Shown piece by piece: positions 1 to 7,358 of a stretch of DNA of 18,645 nt. The notes beneath the pieces are model-generated. The model ran no database searches. It was given only the letters and a program-made list of their open reading frames with translations, and was not told the DNA's origin. Positions within the stretch are counted from its first letter, which is position 1. Each line of letters starts with the position of its first letter. The DNA comes from a virus. Taxonomy: Duplodnaviria; Heunggongvirae; Uroviricota; Caudoviricetes. The DNA is taken from IMG/VR virus record IMGVR_UViG_3300029241_000184. One strand, given 5' to 3'. Made by a program: the position numbers and the translations under genes.

Positions 1-54
1 GCTGATAGAAACAGAAGCCACTGGAGCACCTCAAAAACACCATCATACACTAAA

Positions 55-210
55 TCAGTAAGTTGGCAGCATCACCTCCATATTGTTCTTTTCAGCATAA
101 TCTTTGATATATTCGGACTGATTATGTAAAGAATATTGCTGATGGTCGGTAGACATCCTCAAGTACTGCGCGACCCTAACTCTATGATTTTTGTCATTTT
201 CGCTAGCCAT
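55..210 (-). pseudogene. Short ORF (51 aa) with a serine-recombinase-like N-terminus; probable truncated or frameshifted gene remnant
   Basis: My own translation of the minus strand from ATG at 210 gives MASENDKNHRVRVAQYLRMSTDHQQYSLHNQSEYIKDYAEKNNMEVMLPTY then a stop at 55-57. The R-x-S-T-D-x-Q / YSL.NQ / YAE pattern resembles the catalytic N-terminus of resolvase/invertase-type serine recombinases. Below the 60-aa ORF track threshold; too short to be a functional recombinase. Confidence 0.3.
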
Positions 211-492
211 GCACGAAACCTCATGGATGATTCAATACAATGTAGTGGATAAAATTGATCAAATTTTAACCGAATTCAACTGTTTTATCATTGATTAGAG
301 CGAATTTGGTAGATCTTCGAGGTGTATGATAATCGAGAAGAGATGTGAATTATTTAGCTGATATGACCGACAGCTTTCGTTATGTGGACTCAATGTCCCC
401 ATTTGTAAATGGCTATGCTTAGTCCACATAGGTTAATGGTGTGATTATTAATTCTTTAACTAAATCAAGATAGTTAATCCATCATGGGAGAG

Positions 493-1722
493 TTATGCGG
501 CAATAACTTTGCATTTTTGAGACGAAACATAGTCACTCCACCATTGCATGAGAACCACCCGTTCAGTGAGATACTCTGCACGATTGTAGGCTGCAATTAT
601 TTCATCTTTCTTCGAGTGGGCAAGGGCGGCTTCTAAGACATCAGTCCTAAACTTGCCAGACTCCTCAGCAGCCGTTCTAGCAATGGATCGCATACCGTGA
701 GCTACAAGCTCACCTCCGAAACCCATACGGATTATGGCCGCATTAGCTGTTTGTTCATGCATGTGATTGAGTGGAGCTTTGATACTGGGGAACACCCACT
801 CTCTATGCCCGCTGATGACTTTCATTAAATCCAAAACTCGCAAAGCTTCTTTGCTCAGTGGAACTTTGTGAGGCTTCTTCATTTTCATAAACTCCGCCGG
901 GATGTTCCACATGCCAGTTTCAATATCAATATCTGACCATCTTGTGCGAACAGCTTCACCTGGGCGAACCCATGTGAGAAGTTGCCACTCAATCAGTAGC
1001 CTTGTTTCCAAACGGATAGAAGCATTGTTTAGAGCAACCAAGAAGCGAGGGAGTTCGGAAGGGGGTAATGCTGGCATATTCTGTTTTTTTGGCTTGCTGA
1101 ACCGTTGCCCCAGGTTGTCTGCCGGGTTGAATTCTATGAGTTCTTCTGTTGCTGCATAGCGGAAAATTTCATTCAGGCGGGATATGATGCGGCGAAGTGT
1201 TTCAAGGACACCTCGTTTTTCTATGGGTTCTAAATGCTGTTTAAGCATTTTAGGGCGAATCTCCTTAATTGGGGTATCACCCAATGTGGAAAAGATATTT
1301 CTCTCTAGGCTTCGCCAGATGTCGTTAGCATGATCTTGGGAGATGCCTGACGTTTTGACTTTCTCATCAAGCCACTTCTTGGCTACTGCTTGAAATGTAT
1401 GTTCCGTGGCATCTTTCAGTGCATTGGCTTTTTGGTTGTTATGAACTTGGGGGTCTATACCATTTGTAAGCAACGACAAGTATTCATCACGTAAAGCTCG
1501 TGCCTTCGCAAGTGTAAGGTGAGGATAGGTTCCTAAGCTCACCTTAGTTCGCTTTTTGGTCACAGGCACTGCATATCTGAAATACCAATTTTTCTTCCCT
1601 CCCTTCGCCAGGGGAGCGATTCGCAACAGCAAACCATCGCCGTCAAAAAGGTTAACCTCTTTTTCGGCAGGTTTGGTGCTTTTGATTTCAGTGTCAGTGA
1701 GCTTCTTAGCGATTTTGGCCAT
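493..1722 (-). CDS. int: Tyrosine recombinase, P4-family integrase (integrase of an older, neighbouring island)
   Basis: ORF 493..1803; preferred start is the in-frame ATG at 1722 (MAKIAKKLTDTEIK..., GAGGG about 10 nt upstream). N-terminus KLTDTEIK...DGDGLLL is typical of P4-like integrase arm-binding domains; C-terminus carries HGMRS and AYNRAEY, consistent with the H-x-x-R and catalytic Tyr boxes. Paralogous to the integrase at 11401..12591. Confidence 0.88.
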   Translation of the reverse strand: MAKIAKKLTDTEIKSTKPAEKEVNLFDGDGLLLRIAPLAKGGKKNWYFRYAVPVTKKRTKVSLGTYPHLTLAKARALRDEYLSLLTNGIDPQVHNNQKANALKDATEHTFQAVAKKWLDEKVKTSGISQDHANDIWRSLERNIFSTLGDTPIKEIRPKMLKQHLEPIEKRGVLETLRRIISRLNEIFRYAATEELIEFNPADNLGQRFSKPKKQNMPALPPSELPRFLVALNNASIRLETRLLIEWQLLTWVRPGEAVRTRWSDIDIETGMWNIPAEFMKMKKPHKVPLSKEALRVLDLMKVISGHREWVFPSIKAPLNHMHEQTANAAIIRMGFGGELVAHGMRSIARTAAEESGKFRTDVLEAALAHSKKDEIIAAYNRAEYLTERVVLMQWWSDYVSSQKCKVIAA

Positions 1723-1820
1723 GTTTGGGACCCTCGATTTTAGGACCCATCTTCGTGGGTCCCATTCAGGGTGCCATAACTCGTAGTTCTCAGCAATTCT
1801 CACTAGACTACAATAGACGT

Positions 1821-1854
1821 AAAAAAGCCCGCAGAGCTTGTGCTGTGCGGGCTT
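1821..1854 (-). terminator. Hairpin plus T-run on the minus strand; diverged duplicate of the ssrA terminator
   Basis: aaaaaagcccgcagagcttgtgctgtgcgggctt matches the ssrA terminator at 12708..12742 (aaaaaagcccacagggcttgtgccgtgcgggctt) with three substitutions; GC stem followed by a T-run when read on the minus strand. Confidence 0.5.
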
Positions 1855-1888
1855 AGTAGACTTTACTGAACTTCAGTACATCAATATT

Positions 1889-1910
1889 TGGTGGGCTGGC
1901 GGAGTCTGAC
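1889..1910. other. Degenerate copy of the ssrA 3' end; likely attR of the P4-like satellite and junction between the two tandem islands
   Basis: tggtgggctggcggagtctgac versus the true ssrA 3' end tggtggagctggcgggagttgaac at 12775..12798 (about 20 of 24 positions with two 1-nt gaps), lying the same distance and order from the terminator-like hairpin as in the intact ssrA. Confidence 0.5.
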
Positions 1911-1961
1911 TTTGTCTTTTAATTGTCTGTATTTAATGGTTTTTTATTAAATTGAGATTTT

Positions 1962-1982
1962 GGATATACCTAAGCGTATACC
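1962..1982. repeat. Two GTATACC-type motifs (ggatatacc, cgtatacc); candidate integrase arm-type sites on the far arm
   Basis: Same heptamer family as the four copies at 12614..12661 next to int; acctaagcgtataccaat here versus acctaaacgtataccaat there. Confidence 0.4.
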
Positions 1983-2102
1983 AATTCTGCTTTGTAGGCA
2001 CAAAAATACAGTCATGCTGGTATGACAATTCCAACCCCGTCACAGCTTGTATCCATCTGGTCACACATGACAAAAGCAGGCAACCAATACTAAGAATTTA
2101 CT

Positions 2103-2762
2103 TTACGGCTCTTCGCTATTGGGGTTCTTAACTTTTTCCCATTCAATGCCCAACCCTTTAAATTTTTGTGCAAATGGGATTACTATGAGCGCAACACAAG
2201 CCCCTAATAGTGCCATTCTCTCAGTGGTTAAAAAATTAAATCGTATATCTGCAATTACTATAAGTAATAAGGCGACAGCAAGAAACCAAGTAACTCGTTG
2301 AAAAATATCCATCGTTTGAGATTTTTTCTGCCGAATATCATTTTTCCTAACTGCTGACTGCTCTGCGGTAAGGGCTCGAAAAGTTGGGAAAAGATTGAAA
2401 TCAGATTTAACTAATTCACCCGAATCACTGACTGAATACAGTGAAAATGGCAATGGGTTATTAGGCAGGGAGGATACGGTCACCAAGAAAAGTGGGATTT
2501 TTTCATTTCCAATTGCTTGTTTGTATCTTTTTAATTGATTTAGAGTGTTTTCGCTATGTGCAAATCTGTCTGACTTTATTTCAATAATAGCAAGATATTC
2601 TTTCTTTTCTGGATCTATAATTGCAAAGTCTGGTCTATATGTGTTTTTGCCATCGTTGGAGAAAAATGCTGGTTCGTATAATATAGAATCTTTGGTATAT
2701 CCTAGTGATAATAAGTATTCAGAGAATTTATTTTCCGCCTCTGAATGGTAATTGTTGTCCAT
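2103..2762 (-). CDS. Membrane-anchored protein with an N-terminal restriction-endonuclease-like (PD-(D/E)xK, HsdR-N-like) motif and two C-terminal transmembrane helices; AT-rich cargo gene
   Basis: 219-aa ORF with GAGAGGGA about 7 nt upstream of the ATG at 2762. N-terminal segment LGY...YRPDFAIIDPEKKEYLAIIEIKS carries a D ... E-I-K arrangement as in restriction-endonuclease-fold proteins; C-terminus has two hydrophobic stretches (WFLAVALLLIVIADI and ALLGACVALIVIPFA). Visibly AT-rich compared with the neighbouring primase gene. Confidence 0.7.
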   Translation of the reverse strand: MDNNYHSEAENKFSEYLLSLGYTKDSILYEPAFFSNDGKNTYRPDFAIIDPEKKEYLAIIEIKSDRFAHSENTLNQLKRYKQAIGNEKIPLFLVTVSSLPNNPLPFSLYSVSDSGELVKSDFNLFPTFRALTAEQSAVRKNDIRQKKSQTMDIFQRVTWFLAVALLLIVIADIRFNFLTTERMALLGACVALIVIPFAQKFKGLGIEWEKVKNPNSEEP

Positions 2763-2956
2763 TACAGTCCCTCTCTGCTGTGTGAAAACTAGTGAGCTAA
2801 ATTAATAAGGTAACTAAAAAACGCAAGAGATTCAATTGATTAACGAGTGATAGGTCAAGTCAAGGTCAAACTCGGCGATCATGATGGTTATCTTGTTGAA
2901 TCACAGCCAGACATGATGAATTTCTAGGTTGGAGAAAAAACTTTTTTTCAGGAAAA

Positions 2957-3058
2957 CTGTTCACACTGTTCACACTGTTCACACCGTTGTTTTTGCTTTT
3001 AATTTCATAGTGATACGTTGTGAATGGTTGGTAAACAGTGAACACTTTACTGTTCATT
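2957..3058. repeat. Iteron cluster: three tandem CTGTTCACA repeats (2957..2983) plus inverted and variant copies (gtgaaca 3038..3044, tgttcat 3052..3058); candidate ori-type alpha-binding iterons
   Basis: Tandem 9-bp repeats seen directly; the core TGTTCAC matches the P4 type I iteron octamer TGTTCACC that I recall as the alpha-protein binding site in P4 ori and crr. Lies immediately downstream of the alpha-like gene. Confidence 0.6.
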
Positions 3059-3108
3059 TTTGCCGTTTTGCAGGTAAAAAAAGACCGGCGATTGCCGGTC
3101 AGGGTAGA

Positions 3109-5442
3109 TTATTTTGCTACAGGGTCATCACATTTCGGCAGCCAGTCGGCGTTGCTTTCCTCTCTTAGTGTTAGATTGGTTTGTATGCCCTGATTTTTTC
3201 GGCGCTTCTCATAACTTAGCCCGTACTCTTTCAGCATAGCTGGCAGCCCCTTACCGAACATGGTGAGGCTCAGGGTGTTCCTGTAGCCGTGGGCCTCCAT
3301 ATACGCCAGATAGGCATGATACAGATACAGGCGCGGCTGACGCGGAATGATGTTGGCATTGCCAATATACATTCCCTCAGGCTCCGGCAGTGCTTCCAGA
3401 TAGCCGCAAAAATCAAATGTCGGGTCAGCATCGCGTTTAATACTGAGCGCCTCGTCCGAGTTCTGCTGTGACTGGAGCAGGGCGCGGGCGGTCATCGGGT
3501 CGCTGAACTTCTGCATAAGCTGCCGAACAATCACCGCCAGCTCACGGGCGATTTTATTCTTAAGCTGCGGGTCACGTTCCTCCGGGGCAATCTGTTCCGG
3601 GAAATGCAGAATCACCCGGCGCCGTGAGACACCGCCGCTACGGTCGGTAAAGCGCATCGGGTTATTGTTCACGGCCAGAATCACCGCTGGAATATGGGTG
3701 GAGTACGCATCCTTGTATTTCGGGTCAACGGAGACCGCATCCCCGCCGGTGATGGCCTTGAGTCCTGCCCCGTCACCACTCCATTTTTCCTGGTCAGGCA
3801 GGCGTATCAGCGAGAAGCCAATCAGCGCAGCGCGTTCACGCGGTGATTCCAGCGTTTCGATGGTGGCCGATGTGGCGTTATCTTCCCCGGCGAGCAGGGT
3901 CGCAATTTCGGCCAGAATACTTTTCCCGCTGCCACCCGGCCCGGTCACTTCGAGAAAGAGCTGCCAGTCGTAGCGGTTCGCCAGTACCATAAACAGGGCG
4001 GCAAGTATCACGTCGCGTTTTTCCGGTCGGCCACCGGCGGCACGGTCGAGCCAGCGCCAGAAATCCGGCGCATGGGTTTCCAGCGTTTCGCCCTCCACCG
4101 GTGGGGTAAAATCGACATCACAGAGTGTGCGCAGCCAGTGCGATTTATGATGCGGGCTGAAAGTACCGGTAGCGGTATCGAGTACGCCGTTACGAAAACC
4201 AATCAGACGGCGCGCCGGTGCGTCCTGCTGCGGAATAATCAGTTTCAGGGTCTCCACCACTGAGGCAATTTTCCCCGACGAGAACGGTGCGCGCAGACGC
4301 TGAAATAACCCGGCCACGTCGCGGGCAAAATCCGATGGCGGAATGATTTTCCATATACCGGCCTCATAGCGGGACAGGAGCTGGCCATTTGCGTCCACGG
4401 CCAGCGCTTCGCCGTAATGTTCATGCACCCGCATTGCCTTTTCACTGGTGCTCATGGCGGTAAATTCCGCCTCGCTCATGGTAGTGAAAGGACTGTCAGC
4501 CAGTGGCCGGATGGCGTCATAAATCGCTTTCCGCGTCGCCTCTTCGCCTTTCTGAACGAACGCATCATTCCAGTCACCGAACACCGGCGGCAGGGCAACA
4601 ACACCCTCACAGGCGTCTGCGGCCGCAGCGGCTTTTGTCTGGCCGGCGCCGTTAAGGTCACGGTCGGCGGCGAGGACAATCTGACAGGCCGGGTGTTTCT
4701 GACGGGCAAGGCTCGCCAGAGAAAAGAGGTTCACGGAGGACAGCGCCACCATGACGGTTTCGCTGGTCAGGTGATGTACGGTGAGTGCCGTCGCATAACC
4801 CTCCGCAATCCACAGGCGTTTTCCGGCCTGTTTTTTTCCTCCGATGACATGACATGTCCCTTTGACCTGACCGCCTTTCAGGGTGCGTTTGAGACCGTCA
4901 GCATTAATAAGCTGAAGGTTAACCAGTGCGCCGGTATCCTCATACAGCGGGACAACCACATCCCCGGCGCGGAACGTCACGCCGCCGGTTTTATGCATGA
5001 CTGTCAGTACCGGACATTCCCGGTCGGGGAACCCCTTGCGGGTGAGGTAGGCGTTGTCGGTGGCCGGGCGCGTTTTCTCCAGCAGTCTGACGGCCAGCGC
5101 GGCCGCCGCTTTGCGGTCGGCATCGGTTTCAGCCTCTGCGGCTGCCATCACTTCCGGGGCAACCGGCGACAGATTGCCGGTCACGGCGTTCACCTTCCCG
5201 GCGGCTTCTGACGGGGTCACGCCAAACACTTTTTCTACCAGCTTAAGCCCGTCACCCGCGCCGCACTGATTGCAGAACCACGTCCCGCGCCCTTCTTTAT
5301 CGTCAAAGCGAAAACGGTCAGAGCCGCCACACACCGGACAGGCCTGATGGCGGTTTTTAATCACCTTCACACCCAGCGCCGGAAGAATGCGCGGCCAGTG
5401 GCCGCACGCCTGTTTTACCGTTTCTGTTACGTTCATTTTCAT
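3109..5442 (-). CDS. P4 alpha-type primase/helicase (zinc-binding primase N-terminus plus helicase domain)
   Basis: ORF 3109..5493; preferred start at ATG 5442 (MKMNVTETV..., GAGGGAG upstream) giving 777 aa, the length of P4 alpha. N-terminal CPVCGG...CNQCG zinc-binding motif; Walker A-like GPGGSGKS in the C-terminal half. Confidence 0.9.
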   Translation of the reverse strand: MKMNVTETVKQACGHWPRILPALGVKVIKNRHQACPVCGGSDRFRFDDKEGRGTWFCNQCGAGDGLKLVEKVFGVTPSEAAGKVNAVTGNLSPVAPEVMAAAEAETDADRKAAAALAVRLLEKTRPATDNAYLTRKGFPDRECPVLTVMHKTGGVTFRAGDVVVPLYEDTGALVNLQLINADGLKRTLKGGQVKGTCHVIGGKKQAGKRLWIAEGYATALTVHHLTSETVMVALSSVNLFSLASLARQKHPACQIVLAADRDLNGAGQTKAAAAADACEGVVALPPVFGDWNDAFVQKGEEATRKAIYDAIRPLADSPFTTMSEAEFTAMSTSEKAMRVHEHYGEALAVDANGQLLSRYEAGIWKIIPPSDFARDVAGLFQRLRAPFSSGKIASVVETLKLIIPQQDAPARRLIGFRNGVLDTATGTFSPHHKSHWLRTLCDVDFTPPVEGETLETHAPDFWRWLDRAAGGRPEKRDVILAALFMVLANRYDWQLFLEVTGPGGSGKSILAEIATLLAGEDNATSATIETLESPRERAALIGFSLIRLPDQEKWSGDGAGLKAITGGDAVSVDPKYKDAYSTHIPAVILAVNNNPMRFTDRSGGVSRRRVILHFPEQIAPEERDPQLKNKIARELAVIVRQLMQKFSDPMTARALLQSQQNSDEALSIKRDADPTFDFCGYLEALPEPEGMYIGNANIIPRQPRLYLYHAYLAYMEAHGYRNTLSLTMFGKGLPAMLKEYGLSYEKRRKNQGIQTNLTLREESNADWLPKCDDPVAK

Positions 5443-5456
5443 CGTTGTTTTCTCCC

Positions 5457-5777
5457 TCAGTGCACTACCGGTACGGTGATGTGACGGGCGCAAAGCTCAT
5501 CCATCACGGCCAGCCCGAGAAAGGACAGCGACGGCGCGGCTTTGAGTGGACCGGCTTCCATTAAATCTTCCAGTAATGCACAGGCTATCTGGCGGCCTTT
5601 TTCCTCGCCGTGCTGGCGCAGGTAGAAGCCCTCCAGCTCGGTAGCGATGGCACTTTCCAGCGCGTCGAGGGTGAGGTTCGGGTAGCGGCGCTGGCGTTCG
5701 CACAGGGTCAGCCATGCACAGGCCACGGCGCGACGATACAGCGCGGCGCGTAATACGGGCGGTAATGGCTTTTTCAT
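5457..5777 (-). CDS. Hypothetical protein of the satellite early operon (106 aa)
   Basis: ORF whose start overlaps the stop of the upstream ORF (translational coupling), ending 15 nt before the alpha start; same strand and operon as the alpha gene. No recognisable motif. Confidence 0.55.
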   Translation of the reverse strand: MKKPLPPVLRAALYRRAVACAWLTLCERQRRYPNLTLDALESAIATELEGFYLRQHGEEKGRQIACALLEDLMEAGPLKAAPSLSFLGLAVMDELCARHITVPVVH

Positions 5778-6001
5778 ACGTTGCCCTCCCCGGTCAGCCA
5801 GTGCTGATTGCAGCGTTCAACCACGCCGTCGAGCTGGGCGGTCATGAGGTAAATCACGGAGGTGAGCTGTAACTGCTGCGCCGGGTCACGACGAACGGTG
5901 GCGCAGTCCTGTACCTGCATCAGGTCGCTGACGAGCTGGCCGACATTGCGCATATGCTCCAGACATTCGAGGTCACGGGCGGTAATGGTGGTGTGTCTCA
6001 T
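5774..6001 (-). CDS. Hypothetical small protein of the satellite early operon (75 aa)
   Basis: ORF with start/stop overlaps (ATGA) to both neighbours on the same strand, typical of coupled small genes in P4-like early operons. Confidence 0.5.
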   Translation of the reverse strand: MRHTTITARDLECLEHMRNVGQLVSDLMQVQDCATVRRDPAQQLQLTSVIYLMTAQLDGVVERCNQHWLTGEGNV

Positions 6002-6192
6002 GCGCGCACCTCCGCAACAGGCAGACGGCCAGCAAATGAGAGGACGTAATCGCGAACGAGGGAAAGGCGTGCGGCGTGCTCATCACCGGCAACGGTGCGG
6101 AGCATACAAATACGGGGTTTACGGTCTGCACGACGAACGGCGGCAAACACAAAAACAAATTGCGGGTGTAACGGGGTGAGGATAGTAGCCAT
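5998..6192 (-). CDS. Hypothetical small protein (64 aa), possibly Icd-like; short form of the 185-aa ORF
   Basis: Internal ATG at 6192 ([19 protein letters not shown]...) preceded by GGAGG about 8 nt upstream; the longer 5998..6555 extension is low-complexity and overlaps the AlpA-like gene, so the short form is preferred. The Icd-like label is a recollection of similar annotations, not verified. Confidence 0.45.
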   Translation of the reverse strand: MATILTPLHPQFVFVFAAVRRADRKPRICMLRTVAGDEHAARLSLVRDYVLSFAGRLPVAEVRA

Positions 6193-6551
6193 GATGGCAG
6201 CCTCCATTGAGTAGCGGTTACTGCTACCACCGGAAACGCCAATTTCACTGGTGGCAGCCCGAACGGGGTTGGCGTAACCGGCCTCAATGGATACCGGCCA
6301 GCCCGAAGGCTGCCCCGCCCGGACTACCATTATCTTGCTGGAACCATGGTGTATAAAAAGACACCACAACCCGGAAAATGGGTGTGCCTGAGCTACGACG
6401 AAAAAAAAGACGCACGGCGCGTCTGGTGTCGCCATTGAGTTTCGCGGAACGCCAATTCCGGCTGTCGATTTTGCGACAGCGGGAAAACTATACCTGGAAA
6501 CGGCGAAAAGAAGCAAGCCAGAAAAAGGGGCTGAATGCTGAACGGTCATCA

Positions 6552-6818
6552 TCATGCGTCACAGCCCCGGTTGCGTTCGGCAATGCGATCTGCCATCCAT
6601 GCGGTGATTTCAGACTGCGCCCACGCCACGTTTTTACCGCCCAGGCTGATTTGTTTCGGGAAGGCTTCCCGGCTGATGAGGTCATAAATGGTCGACCGGG
6701 ACAGGCCACACAGATGCATCACTTCGGGCAGGCGGATAAAGCGCTCCTGAACGGCATCAGAAACCGGCATCAGCGGCGCGGCAGGGGCAGAAGACGGGGA
6801 AGAAAAAGCGGTGTGCAT
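6552..6818 (-). CDS. alpA: AlpA-family phage transcriptional regulator (small DNA-binding, excisionase-like)
   Basis: [54 protein letters not shown] matches the AlpA/excisionase-like helix-turn-helix family; GAGGT upstream of the ATG at 6818. An alternative start at 6770 (MPVSD) is possible. Confidence 0.8.
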   Translation of the reverse strand: MHTAFSSPSSAPAAPLMPVSDAVQERFIRLPEVMHLCGLSRSTIYDLISREAFPKQISLGGKNVAWAQSEITAWMADRIAERNRGCDA

Positions 6819-7087
6819 CGGGCTACCTCACAAAGTCCATACAGTGCCGGTCGTGTCCGTCCGGCTTCGGGTAGCTCTCTATTTTGTGAATATTTTCCCT
6901 CAGGGCAACAAGTCTTTTTATAGCTCCTCGTCACACAACAGAGCGATTTTTGAACAATGGCAAACGCTGGCAAACAGATGCAAATCAATGCATTACATTG
7001 CAGTAACTTTAAGTACTTTCACTTATATATTTCCTCATAATTAATCGGAAAAAAGACTAAATCCGACACCCCAGGCAAAAAGCAAAA

Positions 7088-7192
7088 GGTGAACAGTAGT
7101 GAACAGTCGGTGAACAGTTACACCCTCAACTGTTCACCCTTTATCTTACTGTATTACTTATCTTTTTCTTTTCAGTGAACAGTAGTGAATAG
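7088..7192. repeat. Second iteron cluster: GGTGAACAGT x3 (7088..7117), inverted TGTTCACC (7131..7138), GTGAACAG (7175..7182) and variant gtgaatag; candidate crr-type alpha-binding iterons in the divergent early/late control region
   Basis: Direct and inverted copies of the same octamer as at 2957..3058, about 4.1 kb away; I recall that P4 ori and crr are separated by about 4.5 kb. Confidence 0.6.
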
Positions 7193-7268
7193 TTATAAGT
7201 AAAAAAACAAACAGTGAGTAAGGTTTTCCTGAGACCTTTCTCTGGCCAGCCGGGTTTTAAGGTCTGTT

Positions 7269-7286
7269 TGTGCCATTTTTGCCACA
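7269..7286 (+). promoter_or_regulatory. TGT-N12-ACA dyad upstream of the sid-like gene; candidate Ogr/Delta activator site of the late promoter
   Basis: TGTgccatttttgccACA about 75-90 nt upstream of the ATG at 7359; P2/P4 late promoters carry a TGT-N12-ACA element near -55. No clear -10 identified, so low confidence. Confidence 0.3.
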
Positions 7287-7358
7287 ACGGCAATGAATCG
7301 TGTTGTTGTGTCTGGCGCGGCAGAATCTCCTCAGGTTGAAACGAAGAGGAGACCCGAC

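Larger units (their letters stand above)
1..1888. mobile_element. Right end of an older tandem genomic island at ssrA (integrase plus former attL remnants); extends beyond the window
   Basis: Second P4-family integrase (493..1722) followed by a diverged copy of the ssrA terminator and 3' end (1821..1910); serine-recombinase-like fragment at 55..210. Confidence 0.5.

Noticed and set aside
902-1159. 85-aa plus-strand ORF inside the left integrase, and the matching 11750..12043 ORF inside the right integrase
   Set aside because: Both are antisense to integrase genes; their mutual similarity only reflects nucleotide similarity between the two int paralogues.
2866-3168. ORFs 2866..3057 (-) and 2929..3168 (+) spanning the iteron cluster
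   Set aside because: Their translations are dominated by the tandem repeat itself (VNSVNSVNS / HTVHTVHTV); the region is better explained as non-coding iterons.
4417-5211. 264-aa plus-strand ORF inside the alpha primase gene
   Set aside because: Antisense to a well-supported 777-aa gene in a GC-rich region; low-complexity Gly/Arg-rich translation with no start context; typical spurious antisense ORF.
5998-6555. Full-length 185-aa ORF
   Set aside because: N-terminal two thirds is low-complexity and overlaps the AlpA-like gene; an internal start at 6192 with a strong GGAGG RBS gives a more plausible 64-aa protein.
6378-6923. 181-aa plus-strand ORF opposite the AlpA-like gene (and the overlapping minus-strand ORFs 6488..6709 and 6770..6988)
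   Set aside because: Arg-rich low-complexity translation overlapping a recognisable AlpA-family gene on the other strand or in another frame; no independent support.
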